From an uncultured virus (IMG/VR IMGVR_UViG_3300020596_000022) (taxonomy: Duplodnaviria; Heunggongvirae; Uroviricota; Caudoviricetes): DNA of 20,000 nucleotides. Under the pieces are notes generated by a model that searched no databases, was not told the origin of the DNA, and saw only the letters and a program-made list of their open reading frames with translations. Positions 1 through 7,935 of the stretch are shown here, in pieces. Every line of letters starts with the position of its first letter. Position 1 is the first letter of the stretch. The position numbers and the translations under genes are program-made. The DNA is taken from the IMG/VR virus record IMGVR_UViG_3300020596_000022; one strand, 5' to 3'.

Positions 1-72
1 AGCCATGAGCTTTGCTAGTGCTTCTTTAACTGCAATTCGTTTTCTATCTTGTACTGATTTAATATCATTCAT
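1..72 (-). CDS. N-terminus of a gene running off the window; probably the peptidase/vWA-type protein that precedes cobS-like AAA ATPase genes in marine T4-like phages
   Basis: ATG at 72 with GAGGT RBS (81-85). Frame is open to the edge: MNDIKSVQDRKRIAVKEALAKLMA. KxxLAKL(L/M)A is how I recall that family starting, and the position downstream of gp46 fits. Confidence 0.5.
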   Translation of the reverse strand, partial: MNDIKSVQDRKRIAVKEALAKLMA

Positions 73-102
73 AACTAATCACCTCTGATTGTCTATACTA
101 TA

Positions 103-132
103 AGTATATCACAGATTGTGACCACCTGTCAA
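103..132 (-). promoter_or_regulatory. sigma70-type early promoter TTGACA-N18-TATACT with extended -10 TG
   Basis: Minus-strand TTGACA (132-127), TG (111-110) and TATACT (108-103), about 30 nt upstream of the ATG at 72. A TCACA-gat-TGTGA inverted repeat (109-121) lies in the spacer. Confidence 0.75.
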
Positions 133-163
133 CCCTATAATCCATTTTTATTTCAGTGAGTGA

Positions 164-176
164 TATCAGCTACTTA
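164..176. promoter_or_regulatory. IHF-consensus-like site
   Basis: TATCAGCTACTTA matches WATCARnnnnTTR. It lies next to a T-rich tract, 32-44 bp upstream of the -35 at 132. Confidence 0.3.
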
Positions 177-261
177 CGCTTGTATTTTATACACATGGTT
201 ACAATTAATGCGCTTACTATTGAATTATACAAAATCGTGAGTTTAACCGCAAGCTATCATA

Positions 262-289
262 GTAAAACGTGGTAGGTATCACGTTTTAC
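262..289. other. perfect 10-bp hairpin
   Basis: GTAAAACGTG (262-271) is the exact reverse complement of CACGTTTTAC (280-289), with an 8-nt loop. Confidence 0.6.
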
Positions 290-315
290 CGTGGAAAAAG
301 GTGAAAAACGTTGTT

Positions 316-344
316 AAAGCCTAACTGGAGACTCCAATTGAGGC
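316..344 (-). terminator. possible intrinsic terminator after the methyltransferase operon
   Basis: Minus-strand GCCTCAATTGGAGTCTCCAGTTAGGC folds with one G-U pair and a bulge, followed by TTT and further T-runs, 50 nt after the stop at 394. Confidence 0.4.
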
Positions 345-393
345 ACAGCACTTAAAGTAAGTAGCAATGCTCCAAGATATCCTAATAGTTCAA

Positions 394-2046
394 TCATATT
401 TTTCTATAAACGAAAATCGGTTCATACTTAAACCATGCCGATCTTCCATTTTTACCTTTACCACCATCTCCAGCTTCTCTAAGCTTACAAAAATTCTTTG
501 CCATTGGTGTACCTTCATCCGTATCAATTCTATTACCGCCAGGCATCTGAGCTAATGCCATTTTCATAGTTTCAACATACTCAAAACCTAATGACTCTAT
601 AATTTTTCTTGAGTCACCTTCAAGCGGCAACATCTGGCCACCAAATTTAGCATCAGCAATATTCCAAAGTATATATCCTCCAGGCTTTAACCACTCGGCA
701 GCAGTTTCTAAAGTAGGTTTTAGAAAACCTTCTCGCCATGTATCATATGTATCAAACTTGATTGCGCTCTGTCCTGGATCTTCTGAATATACTTCCTTAG
801 CAAAGTATGGTGGAGATGTAAACACCAAATCAACTTTACCTTTATACTTTTGAAAACCTTCTTGATCTTTCATTACCTCTGAACCACACTGATAGATTTC
901 ATATGTGTTCATAAGTTTATCTTCGTCTAATATAACTCCAGCAAGTTTTTGATTATTATAAAAATCTGCTACCTCATGATACTTAGTTCTTCCATTATCA
1001 GTGTTGTGATCTGTGTTAGGGTCTGTACCAATGTAATGTAAATGTTTTACTATCTCTGGCTTCACTGCCATAGCACCAAGAATACGGCCACCCCATCCAG
1101 CAGAAGGATCCCAAACGATTGCTTCTTCTTTACCCTTCAAATATTTTTCATATAAAAACTTTGCTGTTAGTGGTGGAAAGTTTACAGCATATTGACATAC
1201 TGAAATTCTATAAGCTTTGATACCTAAAGGAAATATCTTTTGACCTAACTTGAATGGCCTAACCTGAAAGATATCTGTTTCAACATCATTCATTACAGTT
1301 TTACATTTATCAGGTATGAGCGAACCCATATCATCAATTTGTTTTCTACTTAATCTGTGCCATTTAACTCTTGTTAAATCCCCACCATATCCAGAATATT
1401 CAGCATCATCTTTGACTGGTTGAATCCAGTAATCCCATTCACCAGTCTTTCTAAAGTCTTTTTCAAATCTTGTTATCCATTCGGTTGCATCTGAAGCAGC
1501 AAAAAGAAACATTGAAAGATATTCACTTACTTGAGCTTTAGACCAAGAAGAATCAAACACCCTTAATGGATTAGAATAATGATAAAAGGAATCTCTCTTG
1601 AAATGTCTTCTACCATATGTAATCATCTTCTTTAATAGTTCAGGTCTTTTGAAGTGATCATAGATTGATAGACCACCTTTAACATCTGAAGTATAATTAA
1701 TGCGAGTTGCCATCATGGTAGGAAACCATTGATTGCAAGCATTACCTACGATACTAGTATTACGAATTACATTTTTATCATCAGTCAATTCATCTTTACA
1801 TAGAAACTTTTCAACTTGAAAAGGAGACATCTGGCGAAACTGTTCTTTAATTTCCTTCTCAAGTAAACCAACGCGAGGAGGTTGACCCTGTTCATCCCAA
1901 ATCTTGATAACTGTTTCACGCACGTCCTTCGTCCAGTTGGCAAACTGTTCATCAGACATCCACAAAACTTCTTCAAAAGTTTTATTTACGGGGCTTTCTA
2001 GGAACTCGTCCGCTCTTTCGTAAAACCACTTTTTTCTTTTTGTCAT
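394..2046 (-). CDS. SAM-dependent DNA amino-methyltransferase (N4-C/N6-A type) with long N-terminal extension
   Basis: Motif I-like VWDPSAGWGGRILGAM, motif IV VDLVFTSPPYF, then WLKPGGYILWNI. About 300 aa precede the Rossmann core. Confidence 0.85.
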   Translation of the reverse strand: MTKRKKWFYERADEFLESPVNKTFEEVLWMSDEQFANWTKDVRETVIKIWDEQGQPPRVGLLEKEIKEQFRQMSPFQVEKFLCKDELTDDKNVIRNTSIVGNACNQWFPTMMATRINYTSDVKGGLSIYDHFKRPELLKKMITYGRRHFKRDSFYHYSNPLRVFDSSWSKAQVSEYLSMFLFAASDATEWITRFEKDFRKTGEWDYWIQPVKDDAEYSGYGGDLTRVKWHRLSRKQIDDMGSLIPDKCKTVMNDVETDIFQVRPFKLGQKIFPLGIKAYRISVCQYAVNFPPLTAKFLYEKYLKGKEEAIVWDPSAGWGGRILGAMAVKPEIVKHLHYIGTDPNTDHNTDNGRTKYHEVADFYNNQKLAGVILDEDKLMNTYEIYQCGSEVMKDQEGFQKYKGKVDLVFTSPPYFAKEVYSEDPGQSAIKFDTYDTWREGFLKPTLETAAEWLKPGGYILWNIADAKFGGQMLPLEGDSRKIIESLGFEYVETMKMALAQMPGGNRIDTDEGTPMAKNFCKLREAGDGGKGKNGRSAWFKYEPIFVYRKI

Positions 2047-2623
2047 CTTTTTTCTCTTTGCCAGTTGCTATATCTAAATTAAAACCATGATCTAAAATAG
2101 GTATACCAATCTTATCAACCACACCATGCTTCAATGCTTCTTCTGGAGTTAAATACCAATTGGCGTGTTTCTTTTCTGCTACAATCTTCTGAAAATATCC
2201 CTGTGGTCTACCACACTTTTCATTAAGTATACCAAAGATTTTATTGTTTAATCTTTCAGCTTCTCCAACATCTGCTTTTAGATCTTCTATCTTACCAAAT
2301 GAAACTGAACCAGCATCATGAATCATAACAGTAGAATGTGGCCCGATAAATCTTAGTCCAGGAGAACCACAAGCAAGTAATATACTACCACACGACATTG
2401 CTTTACCTAATGCGATTGTAGCAATAGGTCTATCAGAACTTACCATAATATCTAACATAGCAAGTAATGAATAAATTTCACCACCAAAACTATCAATTAG
2501 AATTGGTATGATTGGAATATTACTATTCTTCAATGAATCAAAATCTGCTTTAAATGATTTCACTCCAAATTCTGTGAACTCGTTGACTAATATAGCATTG
2601 CTAATTTTTGGCTCACTGCTCAT
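1982..2623 (-). CDS. clpP: ClpP-like serine protease (S14 family)
   Basis: IDSFGG (cf. INSPGG), nucleophile AMSCG, VMIH and WYLTPEEALKHGVVDKI. Start moved to ATG 2623 because GAGGT (2631-2635) lies 7 nt upstream. A basic C-tail overlaps the next gene by 65 bp. Confidence 0.88.
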   Translation of the reverse strand: MSSEPKISNAILVNEFTEFGVKSFKADFDSLKNSNIPIIPILIDSFGGEIYSLLAMLDIMVSSDRPIATIALGKAMSCGSILLACGSPGLRFIGPHSTVMIHDAGSVSFGKIEDLKADVGEAERLNNKIFGILNEKCGRPQGYFQKIVAEKKHANWYLTPEEALKHGVVDKIGIPILDHGFNLDIATGKEKKDDKKKKVVLRKSGRVPRKPRK

Positions 2624-2646
2624 GTTTTTTACCTCAAAGATAATCA

Positions 2647-4353
2647 TTATTCTATTATACTGAAATTTTTGCTTTTTGTAAAGCGAATATTTGCATGGAA
2701 CTTATCTGCTATGCTTTCTTTATGAGAAATAACAAATACGTTTGTATCCTTAAACAATTCTGAATTAACCAGTTGGAGAACATTCTCAGTAGCACTTGTG
2801 TCCAGATAACTATCAAGAACTTCATCCAGAACTAATAGATTAGTGTTTACGCTGTTCTTCATCTTAGCAATCTTTCTCCAACAGAATAATAGAGCAAGAT
2901 CTATTCTCTGCTTTTCGCCTTCCGAAAAATTAGCATATGATAGATCATCTCTACCACGATGTTTGATACATTCATTAAATTCTTCATCAATGGAAAATGT
3001 AATAAAGAAATTCATTGCAGTTAAGAATTGATTGGTGTACTTATTAATCAATGGAAGATATTGTTTAATAATCTTTGCTTTAACTCCACTATCTTTAAGT
3101 AGTGAAGATGCTAGATCATTAACTGCTCTTTCTATTGAGAAATTTTCTTTCTTCTTGTTTAATATTTCTATTTGATTGTTTAGATCTTCAATGGCAACAT
3201 CTTGTGTGGACGCAACACTATCTTTTAACTCTAAAGTTTCTTTGGCAATACGTTTAATGAATTGATTGATAGCATCTACTGTACTGTTATGTTTTTGAAC
3301 TTGTAATTGAATCACTTCCATTTCTGATTCAATCTTACGAGCATCTGCTAACTTAGAATCTAATTTTTCCAGATTACTTTGAACTTGTAACAAACCTTGA
3401 TTACATTCTTCAATCTTATCGTTCTTCTTTTGAATTTCTAAAGTCTTAAAGTCTGGTTTAATTTCCTGTTGACAAGTTGGACAACTATCATGCTGTTCAT
3501 AGAAAGTTATTTCTTTGTTAAACTTCTTAACATTGTCATTAAGCTTACTTGATATCCGTTGAACCTTTGATATGTTAGCTTCAACTTCTTTCTTAAAAGA
3601 AAGTTTAGCTTCCAATTCTACTACTTGTGATAATAGTTCTTTGTTCTTGTTTTGTATATCTACTATCTGAAGTTTATTCTCTTCAATTTTAACTAGGTTG
3701 TCTTTAATCTTTTCATCTTTATCTTTACTGATTTCTTCAAGATATCTTTGATGAACTACAATTTTTTCTTTGGCTAGTGATATCGCATAATCATTTTCAA
3801 CTATAGAAGTTTTAATATTAGTCACTCTCTGCTTCAAAAGTAAATTCATCACAGAAAAGATTTCTATATCCAGAAGTCCTTCTACAATCAATCTACGATC
3901 TGCTGGCTTCAATTGCATGAATGGAGTAAAGTTTGATGCTCCGAGAACTACTATCTGGCAGAACGCTTTGAAATTAAACTTTAAGATCTGTTTTTCAAGA
4001 TACTGTTGATAGTCTTTTATATGAGAATCTTGATTGACAAGTTTACCATCAATATAGATTTCAAATATAGCAGGTTTAACTCCACGTTTAATTATATACT
4101 CTTTACTACCTAGAGAAAATTCTAATTCAACTAAACAATTCTTTTCGTTGATTGAGTTTACTATTTGATTCTTATTAATGTTTCTGAATGGTCTATTAAA
4201 CAGCGCCAATGAGATAGCATCAAGCATTGTACTCTTACCACTACCAGAAGGACCAAGCAAAATTGTGGTATGATTCTTATCTAGTTGTACTTCAATGAAA
4301 TTATTTCCTGTCGCCAGAAGATTCTTCCATCTTACTGTTTTAAATACAAGCAT
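2647..4353 (-). CDS. 46: recombination endonuclease subunit gp46 (Rad50/SbcC-like ATPase)
   Basis: Walker A GPSGSGKST, coiled coil with CPTC zinc hook, signature FSEGEKQRI, Walker B LLVLDEVLD, H-loop VISH. Confidence 0.97.
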   Translation of the reverse strand: MLVFKTVRWKNLLATGNNFIEVQLDKNHTTILLGPSGSGKSTMLDAISLALFNRPFRNINKNQIVNSINEKNCLVELEFSLGSKEYIIKRGVKPAIFEIYIDGKLVNQDSHIKDYQQYLEKQILKFNFKAFCQIVVLGASNFTPFMQLKPADRRLIVEGLLDIEIFSVMNLLLKQRVTNIKTSIVENDYAISLAKEKIVVHQRYLEEISKDKDEKIKDNLVKIEENKLQIVDIQNKNKELLSQVVELEAKLSFKKEVEANISKVQRISSKLNDNVKKFNKEITFYEQHDSCPTCQQEIKPDFKTLEIQKKNDKIEECNQGLLQVQSNLEKLDSKLADARKIESEMEVIQLQVQKHNSTVDAINQFIKRIAKETLELKDSVASTQDVAIEDLNNQIEILNKKKENFSIERAVNDLASSLLKDSGVKAKIIKQYLPLINKYTNQFLTAMNFFITFSIDEEFNECIKHRGRDDLSYANFSEGEKQRIDLALLFCWRKIAKMKNSVNTNLLVLDEVLDSYLDTSATENVLQLVNSELFKDTNVFVISHKESIADKFHANIRFTKSKNFSIIE

Positions 4354-5429
4354 TAACTTCCTTGAATTTGGTCGCTAGTGTTTAGTGCCTCAATATATAA
4401 ATCATTGAACAGTGACATTAATTCTGTTTCATGTGTTTGTAAACTTAAAGATTTAACATAGTCCATAAGAATTGATAGTGTGTCTTTTGCTTCATCTAAA
4501 ACTTCTTCTTCTGAAGTATTTTCAAATGCAGCTTCTACTATACTGATATCGGTTGGATTTACTTTCTGTAATGCTTCTATGAATTGGTCAAACAGATAAG
4601 GATTAGTTTTATTCTGAACTATAATCTTAACGAACATTCCAGTGAGTCCAGAATAGTCTTTATTAACTAACGTATCAAAAGTTTCTTTACTATCATCATA
4701 AAAAATCTTACAAAATATCTGTGCTGGATTTTCAATGAACTGTAAATCTAACGTTTCAGTATCAAAGATATGAAAACCACGAATATCTCCCCAGTCGCTC
4801 CAGATAATAGGATATGGAGAACCAAGATAATGAATACCATTATTACTAGACTTATGATGAAAGTGTCCAGTCAAAGTCATAAAGAACTTATCAAAGATGC
4901 TTGCAGTTAGACCTTTATCTTTATTAATATGTCCAGAGTGCATTTCAAATCCCATAAGTTCCAAATGTCCCATACACACTTGGGCTTTAGTATCTTCAAT
5001 CATCTTTCTTGATTGTATTATGTTATCTTCACATATCCACGGTAAGAAAAGAACGTCTCTATCTCCAACCTTAACTTCTGTTGGCTCAGTATAGATTTTG
5101 AATTTAGGAAATGAAGATAATAAACCTTCAACACTGTTTACTGTATTAGTGTTCTTAAAATAAGTATCATGATTACCAATAAGAATATCCATATGCGAGA
5201 CAAGACCATGCAGAGGCGTAAAAACTCTTTCTTGCCAAGACCTAAGCGTATTAAAATTAATATACTTGCGACGGTCAAACACGTCACCCAAATGAATAAC
5301 ATGTTTGATATCATGTTCTTTTATATAAGGAAAAAATTGTTTTTCAAAAAACGATATGAAGAATTCATTAAAAGCGGGATTATCGTTTCTCGCTCCCGAA
5401 TGGGTATCAGTAACGATTGCTACTTTCAT
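4353..5429 (-). CDS. 47: recombination endonuclease subunit gp47 (Mre11/SbcD-like nuclease)
   Basis: Phosphoesterase motifs DTH, GDVFD, GNHD, GHLE and GHFH; TAATG coupling to gp46. Confidence 0.97.
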   Translation of the reverse strand: MKVAIVTDTHSGARNDNPAFNEFFISFFEKQFFPYIKEHDIKHVIHLGDVFDRRKYINFNTLRSWQERVFTPLHGLVSHMDILIGNHDTYFKNTNTVNSVEGLLSSFPKFKIYTEPTEVKVGDRDVLFLPWICEDNIIQSRKMIEDTKAQVCMGHLELMGFEMHSGHINKDKGLTASIFDKFFMTLTGHFHHKSSNNGIHYLGSPYPIIWSDWGDIRGFHIFDTETLDLQFIENPAQIFCKIFYDDSKETFDTLVNKDYSGLTGMFVKIIVQNKTNPYLFDQFIEALQKVNPTDISIVEAAFENTSEEEVLDEAKDTLSILMDYVKSLSLQTHETELMSLFNDLYIEALNTSDQIQGS

Positions 5430-5431
5430 TA

Positions 5432-5689
5432 TTACTTGACTTCATTAAGTACAGCAAAACGAAGGGCCGATCTAATCACTTCTGCTTTATTAACGAAACC
5501 ACCTTGTTTAAAAGTATTATTAATGGTAATTAAAACATCAGGATCTAAATCAAGATCTACTGATACTGTTTTAGTTTCTAATCTTTCATAATGATTACCA
5601 TCAATGACTACGTAATCAGGTGGATTCTTTTTCTCTTCTTTATTAAAGACGCCCTTTAATGAATATGGTTTGACTTTTGATTTCTTCAT
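5432..5689 (-). CDS. small ribbon-helix-helix (CopG/ParD-like) DNA-binding protein
   Basis: C-terminal VSVDLDLDPDVLITINNTFKQGGFVNKAEVIRSALR gives an alternating beta ribbon plus two helices, with a G-x-F-x-N-x-x-E-V-I-R-x-A-L-R pattern typical of ParD/CopG RHH proteins. Confidence 0.65.
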   Translation of the reverse strand: MKKSKVKPYSLKGVFNKEEKKNPPDYVVIDGNHYERLETKTVSVDLDLDPDVLITINNTFKQGGFVNKAEVIRSALRFAVLNEVK

Positions 5690-5695
5690 AATAAT

Positions 5696-5947
5696 TTAGC
5701 CCCATGTTGATCCACCGCTACTATTAGAAGTGTTAAGTATATCATATAGTAAATTGCTAGTTAATTCAAGGTTTTTTCCTGATTGCTTGTATGGACGAAT
5801 TATATCTATAGCCTTCTCTTCTACTACAGAGGTTCCAATTAATCCTAGATCTTTTACTATAGCAGCAAAGACTTGCTTACTTGTGGCCGATCTCTCAGCA
5901 CATCTAGTGTATAAACTATCAATTAATTTTTCTTTGTCCAGAGCCAT
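5696..5947 (-). CDS. hypothetical protein
   Basis: 83-aa ORF tightly packed between neighbours on the coding strand. Confidence 0.7.
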   Translation of the reverse strand: MALDKEKLIDSLYTRCAERSATSKQVFAAIVKDLGLIGTSVVEEKAIDIIRPYKQSGKNLELTSNLLYDILNTSNSSGGSTWG

Positions 5948-5954
5948 TGCTAAA

Positions 5955-6692
5955 TTATGTCCACAAACATCTACGAATTTTAATTAAACGAACAAGCATG
6001 TCCTCATCTTCTTTCTCTTGCTCTTCTTCAATCTTATGATTAAGATCTAGAATTCTTTTTTCTTCTGCTTGCTCTTCTGGAGTATTTCTGTTGATCATTT
6101 CAAAAAACTTTTGTCCCTTGACTTCGATCTCTTTCATATTTGAACGGTCAAGCCAAGAACCATATTTCTGTCTCTTATTATCACACCAAGCAGACCAACC
6201 AGAAAGATCCATTGGGTCTTGTCTAGCAGGTCTTATATCCTTCCACCAAATATAAAGATCTTGAATTTCTTTCCACGGAGCTGAATAATCTTTTCTATAT
6301 GCTTCATAAGCTTCATCAGTTTCAAATCCCATGTTGCGTTTATCTTCATCAGTAGATTCGTGAGTGATATGCCAATCAATAAAAGCAAGTCCATCTTCAC
6401 GAGAAGATATAGGAAATAAAGTGTTGCGAATAATTCTAGGAAGTTTAAATCGCCAGTTTCTCTTTTTCTTATCAAATACATCATTCATCCAAGCACATTC
6501 AACTTCAACGAACTGTGCTAGAATAGAAAAATTTGCGTGTAATAGAAGTGTGTCTTTATCGTAGTAAGCTGGCTCTAGATCTGTATGAACTATATGATAC
6601 TTATCGTATGTGCGATATCGCACCCAATCTTGGGCGGCTTCTAGCTTCCATTTTAGCTTTCTGAATATATTCGGTTGATATTTTTCCCTCAT
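5955..6692 (-). CDS. hypothetical phage protein (Trp-rich, helical)
   Basis: 245-aa ORF with GAGAG upstream, packed on the coding strand. No catalytic motif recognised. Confidence 0.8.
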   Translation of the reverse strand: MREKYQPNIFRKLKWKLEAAQDWVRYRTYDKYHIVHTDLEPAYYDKDTLLLHANFSILAQFVEVECAWMNDVFDKKKRNWRFKLPRIIRNTLFPISSREDGLAFIDWHITHESTDEDKRNMGFETDEAYEAYRKDYSAPWKEIQDLYIWWKDIRPARQDPMDLSGWSAWCDNKRQKYGSWLDRSNMKEIEVKGQKFFEMINRNTPEEQAEEKRILDLNHKIEEEQEKEDEDMLVRLIKIRRCLWT

Positions 6693-6864
6693 AACAATCT
6701 CTCAAAAATTTAACTGCACTTTCAATATCAACAAATCCCGCCAAGAAAACTAAACTTTGCGTGTGTTGATGTGGATTATTATCCAGTGTATAAACTACAA
6801 ATTCATCGGTAGGTGTTCCACATCCGTCATATCCGATCTCTTTACCTAGATAATAATAACACAT
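6601..6864 (-). CDS. possible hypothetical protein
   Basis: 87-aa ORF filling the gap after gp55 with AAGG upstream. It overlaps the next gene by 92 bp and starts inside a predicted promoter. Confidence 0.4.
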   Translation of the reverse strand: MCYYYLGKEIGYDGCGTPTDEFVVYTLDNNPHQHTQSLVFLAGFVDIESAVKFLRDCYEGKISTEYIQKAKMEARSRPRLGAISHIR

Positions 6865-6882
6865 TCTTTATACCTTTGTCAA
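6853..6882 (-). promoter_or_regulatory. sigma70-type promoter TTGACA-N18-TATTAT with extended -10 TG
   Basis: TTGACA (6882-6877, overlapping the gp55 stop), TG (6861-6860), TATTAT (6858-6853). Same geometry as the promoter at 103-132; would drive the RHH-gp47-gp46-clpP-MTase run. Confidence 0.7.
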
Positions 6883-7514
6883 GTATCTTTATCCTCAAGA
6901 ACATCTTCCAGATTGGCTTTACCTTTCTTCTTCTTTTTGTTCTTGGCTTTCTTTTCTTCTCTTCCACGTTCAAAGTTTGCTACAAACTCTTGCCGATACT
7001 GTTCTGAGTATTCATTACCGTATTGAGTTGGTGCAGCTATCTCATCTGGATACTCTCCAGTAAAACTCTCTTCGATCATTCGGTACTTTGTATATAGATG
7101 TTTCTTTTCTCTTTGTATTCGTCTTATAAAAGCGAACCAAATGATCTGTGTAAAATATGCGAATGGGTTATTAGATTTCTTTGGGTTAAAGTTATTGAGA
7201 TACATTAAGCAGTTTTCTATTCCATCAGATATCATTTCTTCTCTGAAAGGATAATTCATAAAGTTTGGTCTGTTGACAATTTTATTTGCCATGTTAAGAA
7301 TACATTCACCTATGAAGTCTGATACTTGTGGAGCTGGAAGCTTCTTTCGCTTTGCATCATTTACAGCTTTGATGTGGAGCTTCATGTGTGCAAGAAACTC
7401 TGCATTGTTTACGTAGTGTGGTCTATCTTTTGCTTTGATCTTAATTGGCTTGTTACCTTTTAGTTTTGTTTTTGGTAACTGTTCTTCCGTATTTCCATTT
7501 GTTTCATCAGCCAT
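6879..7514 (-). CDS. 55: late transcription sigma factor gp55
   Basis: HYVNNAEFL, IGECILNMANKIVNRPNFMNYPFREEMISDGIENCLMY and NPFAYFTQIIWFAFIRRIQREKK. Start at 7514 preferred (AAGGA 8 nt upstream, TAA-T-ATG coupling); 7523 is possible. Confidence 0.96.
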   Translation of the reverse strand: MADETNGNTEEQLPKTKLKGNKPIKIKAKDRPHYVNNAEFLAHMKLHIKAVNDAKRKKLPAPQVSDFIGECILNMANKIVNRPNFMNYPFREEMISDGIENCLMYLNNFNPKKSNNPFAYFTQIIWFAFIRRIQREKKHLYTKYRMIEESFTGEYPDEIAAPTQYGNEYSEQYRQEFVANFERGREEKKAKNKKKKKGKANLEDVLEDKDT

Positions 7515-7515
7515 A

Positions 7516-7716
7516 TTATTCATCCTTGTTTATATCAGCGACAGTCGTATCTTGCATCTTTACATAGTCATCGTAAGGAACAGATACTACGGTATCTTTT
7601 CCCTCTCTAGTAAATATAATTTGACATTGAGTAAGAAGAGATTCAAATAATGTTTCAGATAGTTTTGAAACTTCTTGTTCTTCGATGCGAATGATTGGTC
7701 TGTTAATGTTATTCAT
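7516..7716 (-). CDS. Phd/YefM-family antitoxin-like protein, no adjacent toxin
   Basis: 66 aa. IIFTREGKDTVVSVPYDDYVKMQDT follows the Phd/YefM pattern ITRxGKxxxVLxxxEEYExLxET. Confidence 0.6.
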   Translation of the reverse strand: MNNINRPIIRIEEQEVSKLSETLFESLLTQCQIIFTREGKDTVVSVPYDDYVKMQDTTVADINKDE

Positions 7717-7722
7717 ATCATG

Positions 7723-7731
7723 AGTATAACA
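7723..7731 (-). promoter_or_regulatory. extended -10 promoter (TGtTATACT), probably giving a leaderless mRNA
   Basis: TGTTATACT at 7731-7723. The ATG at 7716 lies 6 nt after the hexamer and has no SD sequence. Confidence 0.55.
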
Positions 7732-7762
7732 GAAACTATTAATATATAAAAGGGATTTCTTT

Positions 7763-7924
7763 TGGCCTAATAAAGATTTCTTGGCCTAGTAGGCCTTTAA
7801 AGAATAGTAAGGCTTATGGCCTAATAAAGATTTCTTGGCCTAGTAGGCCTTTAAAGAATAGTAAGGCTTATGGCCTAATAAAGATTTCTTGGCCTAGTAG
7901 GCCTTTAAAGAATAGTAAGGCTTA
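7763..7924. repeat. three exact tandem copies of a 54-bp unit containing the palindrome GGCCTA-G-TAGGCC
   Basis: Unit TGGCCTAATAAAGATTTCTTGGCCTAGTAGGCCTTTAAAGAATAGTAAGGCTTA at 7763, 7817 and 7871. All three minus-strand frames contain stops. Confidence 0.97.
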
Positions 7925-7935
7925 GTATTAAAGGA

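Noticed and set aside
109..121. CRP site
   Set aside because: The half-sites are TCACA-N3-TGTGA, the wrong orientation and spacing for CRP (TGTGA-N6-TCACA).
1982..2060. Programmed frameshift fusing ClpP to the methyltransferase at A-runs
   Set aside because: The MTase is in the +1 frame relative to ClpP, so a classic -1 slip would not fuse them. It has its own ATG, and no stimulatory structure was seen.
7763..7924. CRISPR array or coding repeat
   Set aside because: The units are contiguous and identical with no unique spacers. The only open frame is on the plus strand (GLIKISWPSRPLKNSKAY), lacks a start codon and is bounded by stops.
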